Assembly (NCBI GenBank): GCA_047605085.1
Contig: JASGGJ010000002.1
Coordinates: 1,689-65,688 of the forward strand
Direction of reading: 5' to 3'
DNA: 64,000 nucleotides
Origin: Protaetiibacter sp.
Lineage (GTDB): Bacteria; Actinomycetota; Actinomycetes; Actinomycetales; Microbacteriaceae
Made by a program: the position numbers and the translations under genes. Shown here piece by piece: positions 49,626 through 61,320 of this stretch. The notes below the pieces were generated by a model. That model saw only the letters and a list, made by a program, of their open reading frames with translations, made no database searches and was not told where the DNA came from. Every line of letters begins with the position of its first letter. Position 1 is the first letter of the stretch.

Positions 49626-50258
49626 ATGGCCGCGCCCTCCGTCGTCGTGCTCGACTACGGCTCCGGCAACGTGCACTCGGCCCTCAAGGCGCTCGAGGCG
49701 GCGGGAGCCCGCGTCGCACTCACCGCCGATCGGGACGCCGTGCTCGCCGCCGACGGCCTGCTGGTGCCGGGCGTCGGGGCCTTCGCCGCGGTCATGGCGG
49801 GCTTGAGCGCCGTGCGCGGAGGCGAACTCGTCGAACGCAGGCTCGCGGGGGATCGCAAGGTGCTCGGCATCTGCGTCGGCATGCAGGTCATGTTCGAGCG
49901 CGGCGTCGAGCGCGGGGTGGAGACCGAGGGGCTCGGCGAGTGGCCGGGCGTCGTCGAGGAGTTGCGCGCCCCGATCCTGCCCCACATGGGCTGGAACACC
50001 GTGAGCGCCCCGGAGGACTCCGCGCTGTTCGCCGGCATCCGCGAGGAGCGCTTCTACTTCGTGCACTCCTACGCGGCGCGCAGCTGGAACCTCGATCCGG
50101 TGGGCGCGTTCCGGCATCCGCGGGTCACCTGGGCCCAGCACGGCGAGCCCTTCGTCGCGGCCGTCGAGAACGGCCCGCTGTCGGCCACCCAGTTCCACCC
50201 CGAGAAGTCGGGCGACGCCGGCATCCGGCTGCTCGGCAACTGGCTCGCGACCCTCTGA
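49626..50258 (+). CDS. hisH: Imidazole glycerol phosphate synthase, glutaminase subunit
   Basis: DYGSGN, PGVG, GICVGMQ and QFHPEKS. Confidence 0.96.
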   Translation: MAAPSVVVLDYGSGNVHSALKALEAAGARVALTADRDAVLAADGLLVPGVGAFAAVMAGLSAVRGGELVERRLAGDRKVLGICVGMQVMFERGVERGVETEGLGEWPGVVEELRAPILPHMGWNTVSAPEDSALFAGIREERFYFVHSYAARSWNLDPVGAFRHPRVTWAQHGEPFVAAVENGPLSATQFHPEKSGDAGIRLLGNWLATL

Positions 50259-50348
50259 CGGGTTCGATGCGAGTGGGCGCGGGCCGGCGCGGGCTGGGCT
50301 AGTATCTGAACCTTGTGTGCGGGCGTGCGCCCGCGGAAAGCCCCCGAG

Positions 50349-51098
50349 ATGACCGAGTTCACGACCTCGCCCGCCCTGACCCTGCTCCCCGCCGTCGACG
50401 TCGCCGACGGACGGGCGGTGCGGCTGACGCAGGGCGAGGCGGGCACCGAGACCAGCTTCGGCGACCCGATCGACGCCGCCCAGGAGTGGTGCGATCAGGG
50501 GGCGGAGTGGATCCACCTCGTCGATCTCGACGCCGCGTTCGGCCGCGGCAACAACCACGGCGTCATCAAGAAGGTCATCAAGAACACCCCGCGCAAGGTC
50601 AACATCGAGCTCTCGGGCGGCATCCGCGACGACGCGAGCCTCGAGGCGGCGCTCTCGACGGGCGCCAAGCGCATCAACCTCGGCACCGCCGCGCTCGAGA
50701 ACCCCGAGTGGGCGGCCCACGTCATCGCCGAGTACGGCGAGGCGATCGCGGTCGGGCTCGACGTGCGCGGCTCGACGCTCGCGGCGCGGGGCTGGACGAA
50801 GGAGGGCGGCGACCTCTGGACGGTGCTCGAACGCCTCGAACACGCCGGATGCGCCCGTTACGTCGTGACCGACGTCACGAAGGACGGCACCCTCCAAGGG
50901 CCCAACCTCGAGCTGCTGAGCGAGATCATGACCCGCACCCCGAAGCCCATCATCGCCTCAGGCGGCGTCGCATCCCTCGATGACATCGCGGCCCTGCGCA
51001 CACTCGTGCCGCACGGGCTCGAGGGCGCGATCGTCGGCAAGGCGCTCTACACGGGCGCGTTCACGCTCGCCGAGGCGATCGACGTCGCGAGCGACTGA
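50349..51098 (+). CDS. priA: Phosphoribosyl isomerase A (HisA/TrpF bifunctional type)
   Basis: [37 protein letters not shown] and DGTL.GPN. Confidence 0.92.
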   Translation: MTEFTTSPALTLLPAVDVADGRAVRLTQGEAGTETSFGDPIDAAQEWCDQGAEWIHLVDLDAAFGRGNNHGVIKKVIKNTPRKVNIELSGGIRDDASLEAALSTGAKRINLGTAALENPEWAAHVIAEYGEAIAVGLDVRGSTLAARGWTKEGGDLWTVLERLEHAGCARYVVTDVTKDGTLQGPNLELLSEIMTRTPKPIIASGGVASLDDIAALRTLVPHGLEGAIVGKALYTGAFTLAEAIDVASD

Positions 51099-51850
51099 TG
51101 GCCGACCGCCGCGCCGACAGCGCGGGCATCCCGTTCGAGGGCAGGCGGTTCCCCGAGAACCCGGCGGCGGCCGATGACGGCTCGGCACCCGAGCGGGTGA
51201 TCGAGGCCATCCGCCGGTTGCGCGCGGACGAGCTGGGCATCCAGGACGTCGTGGCGGCCCTGCACCGCGAGCGGCTGCTCGTCCCGCTCGTCGCGGAGGC
51301 GGGCGAGGAGGGGATCGGCCCGCACGGGCAGAGCATCGACAAGACCCAGGAGCTCTCGATCGTGACGGTCGAGGGCCCCGACGGCCGCGCGGCGCTCCCG
51401 GTGTTCACCTCGGTCGACACGATGCGCGCCTGGAATCCGGATGCGCGGCCGGTCCCGATCCAGGCGAGCCGGATCGCGCTCGCCGCCGCGTCCGAGGGCA
51501 CGCCGCTCGTGATCGTCGATCCGGGGTCCGGCACCCAGCTCGTGGTGCGCAGGCCCGCGTTGCGCGCGCTCGCGACGGGGGAGGGCTGGACGCCCGCGGC
51601 CGAGGATCCGGAGGTCGCTGCCGCGTTCGCCGCCTCCGTCGAGGACGAGCCGGCGGTGCTCGCGATCGGCCTCGCCGCCGGCGACCCGCAGGCGCGCCTC
51701 GCCGGCCCCGAGCTCGTCGCCGTGCTGCGGATCGCCGTGCTGCCCGATGCCGAGCGTCACGCCCTCCTCGAGCGCCTTCAGGCGCGCTGGGCCGCCGACG
51801 CGCTCATCGCCTCCCGCGTCGACTCCCTCGCCGTGCGCCCCACCCTCTGA
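51098..51850 (+). CDS. SseB family protein
   Basis: ADSAG.P..GR.F, RLLVPL and PDGR.ALPVFTS; typical priA neighbour. Confidence 0.8.
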   Translation: MADRRADSAGIPFEGRRFPENPAAADDGSAPERVIEAIRRLRADELGIQDVVAALHRERLLVPLVAEAGEEGIGPHGQSIDKTQELSIVTVEGPDGRAALPVFTSVDTMRAWNPDARPVPIQASRIALAAASEGTPLVIVDPGSGTQLVVRRPALRALATGEGWTPAAEDPEVAAAFAASVEDEPAVLAIGLAAGDPQARLAGPELVAVLRIAVLPDAERHALLERLQARWAADALIASRVDSLAVRPTL

Positions 51851-51904
51851 GGGGTCGCAAAATGTGCCTTCAACGGCGTGTTGCGAGCACTTTGCGACCC
51901 CTCA
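51848..51904. terminator. Inverted repeat between convergent genes (probable bidirectional terminator)
   Basis: tgaggggtcgcaaa pairs with tttgcgacccctca; each arm includes one of the two stop codons. Confidence 0.65.
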
Positions 51905-52264
51905 ACTCACGGGGCCGGTCCATTTCTCGCCGGGGCCCTTGCCGTGCTCGTCGGGCAGCGGGGAGGCCTCGCGGAAGGCGAGCTGCACCGTGCGCAACCC
52001 GTCGCGCAGGGCGCGCGCGTGGTGGTCGCCGAGACTCGGGGCGGATGCCGTGACGAGCCCCGCGAGCGCGTCGATGAGCTTGCGCGCCTCGTCGAGGTCG
52101 AGCTGTGCCTCCGGATCGTCGGCGAGCCCCACCTTGACCGCCGCCGCGCTCAGCAGGTGCACCGCGACCGTGTTGATGACCTCGACGGCCGGGACGTCCG
52201 CGATGTCGCGGATCTCCTCACGCACGTCGCCGACATCGGTTTCCGGCACGGGCTCTGCGCTCAC
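51902..52264 (-). CDS. DUF1844 family protein
   Basis: [25 protein letters not shown] and PGEKWTGPV; divergent from infC. Confidence 0.8.
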   Translation of the reverse strand: MSAEPVPETDVGDVREEIRDIADVPAVEVINTVAVHLLSAAAVKVGLADDPEAQLDLDEARKLIDALAGLVTASAPSLGDHHARALRDGLRTVQLAFREASPLPDEHGKGPGEKWTGPVS

Positions 52265-52522
52265 GGCTTCCTCTGCTATCCTTGTGCGGGCTCCGGGGCC
52301 ATTTCCCCGGAAACGCAAGTGGAGAGATCCCACCCGCCGACCGCTTCTTCAGGTTATCGGGTTCGAGTAGGCAGCCGATCCGCCCCCGCGAGGGAGCAGG
52401 CCGGTGGCGCGCTCCGCCGGCAGCGCTTTTCGAAGGGCGGCCGGTTGCACGGGTGCGGTATCCCTTCATGCGCGTGCCACGCCACGAGGCGCACCCTTGC
52501 ACACCGAATGAAGGAGACCCGC

Positions 52523-53151
<629 letters not shown>

Positions 53152-53152
<1 letters not shown>

Positions 53153-53346
53153 TGCCCAAGCAGAAGACGCACTCCGGTGCGAAGAAGCGCTTCAAGGTGA
53201 CCGGCTCCGGCAAGGTCGTCAAGCAGGGCGCTGGGATGCGCCACAACTTCGAGCACAAGTCGTCGCGCGTCACGCGTCGCCTCAACCAGGATGTCGTGCT
53301 GGCTCCGCAGGACGCCAAGGTCGTCAAGGGCCTCCTGGGCAAGTAA
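53152..53346 (+). CDS. rpmI: 50S ribosomal protein L35
   Basis: [21 protein letters not shown]. Confidence 0.97.
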
Positions 53347-53379
53347 GCCCCGGCCGAGAACAGAAGGACTTCGTAAGAA

Positions 53380-53766
53380 ATGGCACGTGTCAAGAGGGCG
53401 GTCAACGCCGCCAAGAAGCGCCGCACCACGCTCGAGCGCGCCGAGGGCTACCGCGGTCAGCGCTCGCGCCTCTACCGCAAGGCGAAGGAGCAGGTCACCC
53501 ACTCGCTCGTCTACGCCTACCGCGACCGTCACGCGAAGAAGGGCGAGTTCCGCCGGCTGTGGATCCAGCGGATCAACGCCGCGGCCCGCGCGAACGGCAT
53601 CACCTACAACCGCCTGATCCAGGGTCTCGGCCTCGCGGGCATCGAGGTCGACCGCCGCATCCTGGCCGAGCTCGCGGTCAACGAGCCCGCCACCTTCGCG
53701 GGCCTCGTGGAGGCCGCGAAGGCCGCGCTCCCGAGCGACGTGAACGCTCCGAAGAGCGCCGCGTAA
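53380..53766 (+). CDS. rplT: 50S ribosomal protein L20
   Basis: [16 protein letters not shown] and [12 protein letters not shown]. Confidence 0.98.
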   Translation: MARVKRAVNAAKKRRTTLERAEGYRGQRSRLYRKAKEQVTHSLVYAYRDRHAKKGEFRRLWIQRINAAARANGITYNRLIQGLGLAGIEVDRRILAELAVNEPATFAGLVEAAKAALPSDVNAPKSAA

Positions 53767-53780
53767 CCCCGCGCATCCGC

Positions 53781-53816
53781 CGAACGGCGCATCTCCTCCG
53801 GGAGGTGCGCCGTTCG
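53781..53816 (+). terminator. Hairpin after rplT
   Basis: cgaacggcgcatctcc pairs with ggaggtgcgccgttcg. Confidence 0.7.
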
Positions 53817-53833
53817 CGTATTCCGCGCCGGGG

Positions 53834-54658
53834 ATGAATACCATTTCTCCCGTGATCGACAATCCGCGCTCCCCGCGCGTGCGCGCCGTGGCGAAACTCG
53901 CCAAGCGCAACGCGCGCGCGGAGACCGGGCTGTTCCTCGTCGAGGGGCCGCAGGCCCTGCGCGAGGCCCTCGCCTTCCATCCCGAGCTCGTCGTCGAGGT
54001 GTTCGCGACCCGCGGCGTGCTCGAGCGGCACCCCGATCTCGCCCGCCAGCTCGCCGCGAACGGGATCGAGCCGGAGCAGGTCTCGGATGCCGTGCTCGGG
54101 GCGATGGCGGACACGGTCACCCCGCAGGGTCTCGTCGCGGTCGCCCGCCAGTTCCCGGTGACGATCGAGGACCTCCTCGCGCGCGGGCCGCGGCTGGTGG
54201 TGATCCTCGAGGAGGTGCGGGATCCCGGCAACGCGGGCACCATCATCCGGGCGGCGGATGCGGCGGGCGCCGACGGCGTCATCCTGACCGGAAACAGCGT
54301 CGACGCCTACAACCCGAAGGTCGTGCGGTCGACCACGGGCTCGATCTTCCACCTCCCGCTCGCCCAGGGCCGCACCCTCGACCACGCGCTGCGGCTCGTG
54401 CGGGGGGCGGGCATGCAGGTGCTCGCGGCCGATGTGTCGGGGGAGGAGCTGCCGACCCTCCGCGACCGGCTCGCGGAGCCGACCGCGTGGCTGTTCGGGA
54501 ACGAGGCGCACGGGCTCACCCACGATCAGCTCGGCGGCGCCGACCGCGTCGTCAGAGTGCCGATCTACGGACACGCCGAGTCGATGAACCTCGCGACCGC
54601 GGCCTCCGTCTGCCTCTACCAGTCGGCGTTCGCGCAGCGCGGCGGCGCCACTGCCTGA
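53834..54658 (+). CDS. TrmH/SpoU family RNA methyltransferase
   Basis: DPGNAGTIIR.ADA, FGNEAHGL and ESMNLA. Confidence 0.92.
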   Translation: MNTISPVIDNPRSPRVRAVAKLAKRNARAETGLFLVEGPQALREALAFHPELVVEVFATRGVLERHPDLARQLAANGIEPEQVSDAVLGAMADTVTPQGLVAVARQFPVTIEDLLARGPRLVVILEEVRDPGNAGTIIRAADAAGADGVILTGNSVDAYNPKVVRSTTGSIFHLPLAQGRTLDHALRLVRGAGMQVLAADVSGEELPTLRDRLAEPTAWLFGNEAHGLTHDQLGGADRVVRVPIYGHAESMNLATAASVCLYQSAFAQRGGATA

Positions 54659-54695
54659 GCGAGAGCCGGTCCCCGCGCCGATAGACTCGACCCTC

Positions 54696-55730
54696 GTGTC
54701 GAACCCCATCACCCCTCCGGCGGTCACCGCCGCGGTCGAGGCGGCGCTCGCCGCGATCGGCGCGGCTCACGACTCGACGAGCCTCAAGGCGACCCGCGCC
54801 GCGCACGCCGGCGAGAGCTCGCCGCTCGCCCTGCTGAACGCCGCCATCCGCGATCTTCCGCCAGAGGAGAAGGCCGCCGCGGGCAGGCTCGTCGGCCAGG
54901 CCCGCGGCCAGGTGACCCAGGCGCTCGCCGCCGCCGAGGAGCGCGTGCTGGTCGCGGAGGAGCGGGAGCGCCTCTCCGCGGAGGCCGTCGACGTGACCGC
55001 GGTGCCGTCGCGCTGGAACCGCGGGGCGCGGCATCCGCTCTCGCTCCTCATGGACGAGATGAGCGAGCTCTTCGTCGCGATGGGCTGGGAGATCGGCGAG
55101 GGCCCTGAGCTCGAGCACGAGTGGTTCAACTTCGACGCCCTCAACTTCGACGAGGACCACCCCGCCCGCGCCATGCAGGACACCTTTTTCGTGGAGCCCG
55201 CCGAGCGGCACCTCGTGCTGCGCACCCACACGAGCCCGGTGCAGATCCGCGCGCTGCTGTCGCGGCCGCTGCCCGTCTACGTCGCGGCCGTCGGCCGGGT
55301 GTACCGCACCGACGAGCTCGACGCGACGCACACCCCGGTCTTCCACCAGATCGAGGGGCTCGCGATCGATGAGGGCCTCACGATGGCGCACCTGCGCGGC
55401 ACCCTCGAGCACCTGGCGCGCGCGATGTTCGGCGAGGGTGCGCAGATCCGGCTGCGCCCCAACTACTTCCCGTTCACGGAGCCGAGCGCCGAGATGGACG
55501 TCTGGCAGCCGAACGCGAAGGGCGGTGCGCGCTGGGTCGAGTGGGGCGGATGCGGCATGGTCAACCCCAACGTGCTGCGGTCGGCTGGCATCGACCCCGA
55601 GCGGTACCAGGGCTTCGCCTTCGGCATGGGCATCGAGCGCACCCTGCAGTTCCGCAACGAGCTGAACGACATGCGCGACATGGTCGAGGGCGATGTGCGC
55701 TTCTCGCAGCAGTTCGGGATGGTGGTGTGA
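54696..55730 (+). CDS. pheS: Phenylalanine--tRNA ligase alpha subunit
   Basis: HPARAMQDTF, LRTHTSPVQ, FPFTEPS and GFAFGMGIER. Confidence 0.97.
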   Translation: MSNPITPPAVTAAVEAALAAIGAAHDSTSLKATRAAHAGESSPLALLNAAIRDLPPEEKAAAGRLVGQARGQVTQALAAAEERVLVAEERERLSAEAVDVTAVPSRWNRGARHPLSLLMDEMSELFVAMGWEIGEGPELEHEWFNFDALNFDEDHPARAMQDTFFVEPAERHLVLRTHTSPVQIRALLSRPLPVYVAAVGRVYRTDELDATHTPVFHQIEGLAIDEGLTMAHLRGTLEHLARAMFGEGAQIRLRPNYFPFTEPSAEMDVWQPNAKGGARWVEWGGCGMVNPNVLRSAGIDPERYQGFAFGMGIERTLQFRNELNDMRDMVEGDVRFSQQFGMVV

Positions 55731-58231
55731 TGCGCGTCCCGATCAGCTGGCTTTCGGAGTGGACCGACCTCCCCGAGGACGTGACCCTCGAGCACCTGCA
55801 CGCGGCGCTCGTGAAGGTCGGCCTGGAGGAGGAGGACGTTCACGGCTTCCCGCTCACCGGCCCGATCGTCGTCGGGCAAGTGATCTCCGCCGAGCCCGAA
55901 CCGCAGTCCAACGGCAAGACGATCAACTGGTGCCAGGTGGATGTCGGGGAGCCCGAGCCGCGAGGAATCGTCTGCGGCGCCCACAACTTCGGCCCGGGCG
56001 ACAAGGTCGTCGTGACCCTGCCGGGCGCCGTGCTGCCCGGCCCGACTGCTTCTGAACCGTTCGTCATCGCGGCGCGGAAGACCTACGGGCACGTCTCGGA
56101 CGGCATGATCGCCTCCGCGCGCGAGCTCGGCATGGGTGACGAGCACGACGGCATCCTGCGGCTCGCCGAGCTGGGGCTCGACCCCGAGCCCGGGACGGAT
56201 GCGATCGCGCTGCTCGGGCTCGACGACGCGGCCGTGGAGGTCAACGTCACCCCGGATCGCGGCTACGCTCTCTCGATCCGCGGCATCGCGCGCGAGTACT
56301 CGCATTCCACGGGTGCGGCGTTCCGCGACCCCGCCGTCGTCGTCGAGGCGCCTGCGGTGTCCGGTTACCCACTGGAGGTGGCGGACGCCGCCCCCGTGCG
56401 CGGGCGCGCCGGCTGCTCGGTGTTCTCGGTGCGGGTGGTGCGCGGCATCGACCCGGCCAGGCCCACCCCGCCGTGGATGGCGTCGCGCCTGCGGCTCGCC
56501 GGCATCCGCTCGATCTCGCTCGCGGTCGACATCTCCAACTACGTCATGCTCGAGCTCGGGGCGCCCAACCACGCCTACGACCTCGCGAAGGTCGACGTGG
56601 ACGGGCTCGTCGTGCGCCGGGCGACGGCCGGCGAGCGGCTCGAGACCCTCGACGGCAAGCAGCGCGCCCTCGACGCGGCCGACCTCGTGGTCGCCGACGC
56701 GGCGCGCGTGCTCGGCCTCGCCGGCGTCATGGGTGGCGCGTACAGCGAGATCGGCGGCGAGACGCGCGACGTGCTCATCGAGTCGGCGATCTGGGATCCG
56801 GTGACGGTCGCCCGCAGCGTGCGCCGCCACAAGCTCCCGAGCGAGGCGGCCAAGCGCTACGAGCGCGGCGTCGACCCCGCGCTCGCTCCGCTCGCCACCG
56901 CGCGGGTCGCGCAGCTGCTCGTCGAGCTCGCCGGCGGCACCCTCGACGAGGGCTTCGGGGCGCTGTACGACGCCTCGCAGCCGCTCCCGGCCGTGCGGAT
57001 GCCGCTCGAGCGTGCCGCCGCGGTCGTCGGCGTCCCGTACACCCGCGAGGAGGTGGTCGGCACGCTCGAGCTCATCGGCGCGCGAGTCGAGCTCGACGGC
57101 GATGTCGCGACCGTCACCCCGCCCAGCTGGCGTCCCGACCTCATCGACGACGTGTCGCTCATCGAGGAGGTCGCCCGCATCACGGGCTACGATCGGATCC
57201 CCGCCGTGCTGCCGATCGCCCCGGCGGGCCGGGGACTCACCCGCGCGCAGTCGGCCCGTCGCCGTGTCGCCCAGACGCTCGCGGCCGCCGGGTCGACCGA
57301 GGTGCTCGCCTACCCCTTCGTGGCGGAGGCGGTGGCCGGGCGCTACGAGCCGGGCGCGGCATCCGTGCGCCTCGCGAACGCGCTCGATCCGCAGCTGCCG
57401 CTGCTGCGGCGCACGCTGCTGCCCGGTCTCGTGGAGATCGCGCACCGCAACCTCGCGCGCGGACTCACCGATCTGGCGCTGTTCGAGATCGGCACGGTGT
57501 TCCTGCCGGAGTCCGGGACCGCCTACGGCACCGACTTCATCCCGCTCGGTGCGGTGCGGCCCGGTGACGACACCCTCGCTCGGCTGGGGGCGGGCATCCC
57601 GCCGCAGTCCCGGTATGTCGCGGGGCTCTTCCTCGGCGACGCGCTGCCCAAGCAGCCTGGGGCGGTGACCGTCCCCGCGGGGCTCGCGGATGCGCTCGAC
57701 GCCGTCCGGCAAGTGGGTCTCGCGCTCGGGGTCGACCTCCGCGCGCTTCAGGGCGCGCATCCCGCGCTGCACCCCGGCCGCACCGCGGAGCTGCGCGTGG
57801 GCGAGACGGTCGTCGGCGTCGCGGGGGAGCTGCTGCCCGCGCTCGCCCTCGAATCCGACCTGCCGCGCGTCGTCGCGGTGTACGAGCTCGACCTCGACGC
57901 GCTCGTGGCGCTCGGCGCCCACGACCGTCAGGCGGTGCCGATCGGCACCCTGCCGGCCGCGACCCAGGATCTCTCGCTCGTCGTCGACGCCGCGGTTCCG
58001 GCCGGCGAGGTGCTGCGCGCGGTGACCGAGGGTGCGGGCGGGCTGCTCGAGCACATCCGCCTCGTGGACGACTACCGGGGTCCCGGCGTGCCCGTGGGGA
58101 CCAAGTCGCTCACCTTCGCGCTGCGCTTCCGTGCCGCCGACCGCACGCTCACCGCGGCCGAGGCGAGCGACGCGAAGCTCGCGGGGCTCGCCCTCGCGGC
58201 CGAGCGCTTCGGGGCCGCCCTGCGCGAGTAA
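55730..58231 (+). CDS. pheT: Phenylalanine--tRNA ligase beta subunit
   Basis: MRVPISWL, IVCGAHN, TPDRGY, RYERGVD, EEVARI.GY and C-terminal FDX-ACB domain. Confidence 0.97.
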   Translation: MRVPISWLSEWTDLPEDVTLEHLHAALVKVGLEEEDVHGFPLTGPIVVGQVISAEPEPQSNGKTINWCQVDVGEPEPRGIVCGAHNFGPGDKVVVTLPGAVLPGPTASEPFVIAARKTYGHVSDGMIASARELGMGDEHDGILRLAELGLDPEPGTDAIALLGLDDAAVEVNVTPDRGYALSIRGIAREYSHSTGAAFRDPAVVVEAPAVSGYPLEVADAAPVRGRAGCSVFSVRVVRGIDPARPTPPWMASRLRLAGIRSISLAVDISNYVMLELGAPNHAYDLAKVDVDGLVVRRATAGERLETLDGKQRALDAADLVVADAARVLGLAGVMGGAYSEIGGETRDVLIESAIWDPVTVARSVRRHKLPSEAAKRYERGVDPALAPLATARVAQLLVELAGGTLDEGFGALYDASQPLPAVRMPLERAAAVVGVPYTREEVVGTLELIGARVELDGDVATVTPPSWRPDLIDDVSLIEEVARITGYDRIPAVLPIAPAGRGLTRAQSARRRVAQTLAAAGSTEVLAYPFVAEAVAGRYEPGAASVRLANALDPQLPLLRRTLLPGLVEIAHRNLARGLTDLALFEIGTVFLPESGTAYGTDFIPLGAVRPGDDTLARLGAGIPPQSRYVAGLFLGDALPKQPGAVTVPAGLADALDAVRQVGLALGVDLRALQGAHPALHPGRTAELRVGETVVGVAGELLPALALESDLPRVVAVYELDLDALVALGAHDRQAVPIGTLPAATQDLSLVVDAAVPAGEVLRAVTEGAGGLLEHIRLVDDYRGPGVPVGTKSLTFALRFRAADRTLTAAEASDAKLAGLALAAERFGAALRE

Positions 58232-58234
58232 GGG

Positions 58235-58852
58235 CTACTTGGTGCCGCCACCGAGCAGGCCGCCGAGCAGGCCGCCCAGCAGCTCGCCCGAACCGGAGGA
58301 GCTCGAGGTTCCGCCGCCGAGCAGGCCGCCGAGGAGGTCGCCGATGCCGCCGGAGGAGGCAGAGGAGCTGGAGGTTCCGCCGCCGAGCAGGCCGCCCAGG
58401 ATGGCGCCCAGGCCGCCGGAGGAGGACTCCGTCGTCGAGCTCGTGCTCGAGGACGAGCTGCCGAGGAACTTGTTGGCGAGCCAGGCGAGCACGATCGGCG
58501 CGACGATCGGCAGGATCTTCTTGACGATCGTGTCGGTCACCTCCGATTTGCTGGAGGACTCCGCGAGCTTCGCGACCACCGCGTCCTCGTTGTCGCCGAA
58601 GACGTGCTTGACGATCTTCTCGCCTTCCGCGGTGTCGATGTCGTCGATGCCGGTCAGCTTGGCGTCCTGGTGCTTGACGAGCGCCTTCTCCAGGGATGCC
58701 GCGCCGCCCTGGTCCGTGTTGGCCTTGAGTCCGCCCACCAGGCCGGGCACGACCTGCTTGACGGCGTCTTCTGCGACATCCTCGGAAATGCCGAGCTGCT
58801 TCGCGATGTCCCCGATGGGGATCTGGGCCAGGAGGTCGTCGAACTCGGCCAT
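58235..58852 (-). CDS. DUF937 family protein
   Basis: IAKQLG, GEKIVKHVFG and ILPIVAPIVLA; Gly/Ser-rich LGGLLGG repeats at the C-terminus. Confidence 0.8.
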   Translation of the reverse strand: MAEFDDLLAQIPIGDIAKQLGISEDVAEDAVKQVVPGLVGGLKANTDQGGAASLEKALVKHQDAKLTGIDDIDTAEGEKIVKHVFGDNEDAVVAKLAESSSKSEVTDTIVKKILPIVAPIVLAWLANKFLGSSSSSTSSTTESSSGGLGAILGGLLGGGTSSSSASSGGIGDLLGGLLGGGTSSSSGSGELLGGLLGGLLGGGTK

Positions 58853-59122
58853 GGTGGTTGCTTCCTCTCGTCGGGTCGTGACCCGCCCACTGTAGCGCGC
58901 CGCGGCTCGGCACCGGTCCGGTGCCAGGACCGTGCGCGCGGGCCGCTTCCCGTCTGCTAGCCTCGGGGCATGGGTCAGCGGATGCCGTTCGAGAGCGCCT
59001 CGCTCCGTCGCGTCCGCCGCGTGCGCCGAATCTCGGCGACGCCGCGCCGCTGACTCCTGACTCAGCCTGTCGTGTGGTGTCGCCGCCACTGCCATCGTCC
59101 ACACGACAATAAGGTTGAACCC

Positions 59123-60172
59123 ATGCCCATCTCCGTCGCCGTCGCGGGCGCGAGCGGATACGCGGGGGGCGAGCTGCTGCGGCTGCTCGCGAGCCACCCC
59201 GAGTTCGAGGTCCGCACCGTCACCGCCCACCAGAACGCCGGGCAGTCCCTCGGCACTGTGCATCCGCACCTGGTGACCCTCGCCGGGCTCGAGCTGGCGC
59301 CCACCGAGGCGGAGGTGCTCTCCGGCGCCGACGTCGTGTTCCTCGCGCTTCCGCACGGTGCGTCCGGGGCGATCGCCGCCCGGTTGCCGGATGACGTGCT
59401 CACCGTGGACTGCGGCGCCGACCACCGCCTCACCGACGAGGCGGCCTGGGCCGCGTTCTACGGCGGCGAGTACCACGGGGCCTGGAGCTACGGGCTGCCC
59501 GAACTGCTGCTCGACGGCGGCACCGCGAAGCAGCGCGACAACCTCGTCGGTGCGACCCGGATCGCCGTCCCCGGCTGCAACGTCACCGCGATCACGCTCG
59601 GACTCGCCCCCGGCATCGCCGCGGGCGTCATCGAGCCGCACGACCTCGTGTCGGTGCTCGCGGTCGGCACTTCGGGAGCCGGGAAGTCGCTGCGCAGCGA
59701 CCTCCTGGCGAGCGAGATCCTGGGCTCGGCATCCGCCTATGCCGTGGGCGGCATCCACCGGCACACCCCCGAGATCGTGCAGAACCTCGCGGCCGCGGGC
59801 GGCGACGGCGTCACCATCTCCTTCACCCCCGTGCTCGTGCCGATGTCGCGCGGCATCCTGGCGACCTCCACGGCGAGGCTTGCGCCCGGCGTCTCCGCCG
59901 CGGATGTGCGGGAGGCCTGGGAGGGCGCCTACGCCGGCGAGCCGTTCGTGCGGGTGCTGCCCGCCGGCTCGTTCCCGCGCTCGGGCGACACGACGGGCGC
60001 CAACACCGCCATCCTGGGCATCGCCGTGGACGAGGCGGCCGGTCGCGTCGTCGTCGTCTCGGCGATCGACAACCTCGTCAAGGGCACCGCGGGTGCCGCC
60101 ATCCAGTCCGCCAACCTCGCGCTCGGGCTGCCCGAGACCGTGGGCCTTCCCGTGAACGGAGTCGCGCCGTGA
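59123..60172 (+). CDS. argC: N-acetyl-gamma-glutamyl-phosphate reductase
   Basis: GASGYAG, ALPHG, PGC, SGAG and DNLVKGTAG. Confidence 0.96.
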   Translation: MPISVAVAGASGYAGGELLRLLASHPEFEVRTVTAHQNAGQSLGTVHPHLVTLAGLELAPTEAEVLSGADVVFLALPHGASGAIAARLPDDVLTVDCGADHRLTDEAAWAAFYGGEYHGAWSYGLPELLLDGGTAKQRDNLVGATRIAVPGCNVTAITLGLAPGIAAGVIEPHDLVSVLAVGTSGAGKSLRSDLLASEILGSASAYAVGGIHRHTPEIVQNLAAAGGDGVTISFTPVLVPMSRGILATSTARLAPGVSAADVREAWEGAYAGEPFVRVLPAGSFPRSGDTTGANTAILGIAVDEAAGRVVVVSAIDNLVKGTAGAAIQSANLALGLPETVGLPVNGVAP

Positions 60173-61320
60173 GCGTCACCGCCGCATCCGGATTCACCGC
60201 CGCGGGCGTCGCGGCCGGTCTCAAGGGCTTCGGCAAGCGCGACCTCGCGCTCGTCGTCAACGAGGGGCCTCTGCGCAGCGCCGCCGCCGTCTTCACGAGC
60301 AACCGCGCGAAGGCCAACCCGATCATCTGGTCCGGGCAGGTCATCGCCGACGGCACGGTGAGCGCGATCGTGCTCAACTCGGGCGGGGCCAACTGCTTCA
60401 CCGGTGCCGAGGGGTTCCAGACCACGCACGCGACGGCCGAGGCGGTCGCGGACGCCCTCGGGGTCTCGGCGGGCGACGTGCTGGTCTGCTCGACGGGCCT
60501 CATCGGCGAGCAGCTCGACCGCGCGAAGCTCGTCGCCGGGGTCCATGCGGCCGCCGCAGCGCTCACCGAGCGCGGGGGTGCGGATGCGGTCGAGGCGATC
60601 ATGACGACCGATTCGAAACCGAAGACCGCCGTCATGAAGCGCGACGGCTGGACGATCGGCGGCATGGCGAAGGGCGCCGGGATGCTCGCGCCGGGTCTCG
60701 CGACGATGCTCGTCGTCATCACGACGGACGCCGTGCTGCTGCCCGCCGCGCTCGACACCGCCCTGCGCGCGGCCACCAGGGTCAGCTTCGACCGGCTCGA
60801 CTCCGACGGCTGCATGTCGACCAACGACCAGGTGACCCTGCTCGCGAGCGGCGCATCCGGCCTCGAGCCGGAGCCCGCCGCGTTCACGGCCGCGCTCGTC
60901 GAGCTCTGCCAGGACCTGGCGCGCCAGTTGCAGGCGGATGCCGAGGGCGCCAGTCACGACATCGCGATCGAGGTCGTGGGGGCCGCGTCCGAGGACGACG
61001 CCGTCGAGGTGGGTCGCGCGGTCGCGCGCAGCAACCTGTTCAAGGCGGCGGTGTTCGGCAACGACCCCAACTGGGGGCGCGTGCTCGCCGCGATCGGCAC
61101 CACCTCGGCCGCCTTCGACCCGTACGCGGTCGACGTGTCGATGAACGGGGTCCGGGTGTGCTCGGCGGGCGGACCGGACCGGCCGCGCACCGAGGTCGAT
61201 CTGCGGCCGCGCGCGGTGCACGTGCTCATCGAGCTGCACGCGGGCGCCGAGCGCGCGACGATCCTCAGCAACGACCTCACCCACGACTACGTGCACGAGA
61301 ACTCGGCGTACGCCTCATGA
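60169..61320 (+). CDS. argJ: Glutamate N-acetyltransferase / ornithine acetyltransferase
   Basis: NSGGANC, IMTTD, KGAGM..P.LATML, STND and DPNWGR. Confidence 0.96.
   Translation: MSVTAASGFTAAGVAAGLKGFGKRDLALVVNEGPLRSAAAVFTSNRAKANPIIWSGQVIADGTVSAIVLNSGGANCFTGAEGFQTTHATAEAVADALGVSAGDVLVCSTGLIGEQLDRAKLVAGVHAAAAALTERGGADAVEAIMTTDSKPKTAVMKRDGWTIGGMAKGAGMLAPGLATMLVVITTDAVLLPAALDTALRAATRVSFDRLDSDGCMSTNDQVTLLASGASGLEPEPAAFTAALVELCQDLARQLQADAEGASHDIAIEVVGAASEDDAVEVGRAVARSNLFKAAVFGNDPNWGRVLAAIGTTSAAFDPYAVDVSMNGVRVCSAGGPDRPRTEVDLRPRAVHVLIELHAGAERATILSNDLTHDYVHENSAYAS

Noticed and set aside
54658-54696. T-box leader for pheST
   Set aside because: The intergenic space is under 40 nt and has a -10-like hexamer directly before the start.
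58235-58440. DNA repeat element (ccgagcaggccgcc copies)
   Set aside because: Explained by the coding LGGLLGG repeats of the DUF937 protein.
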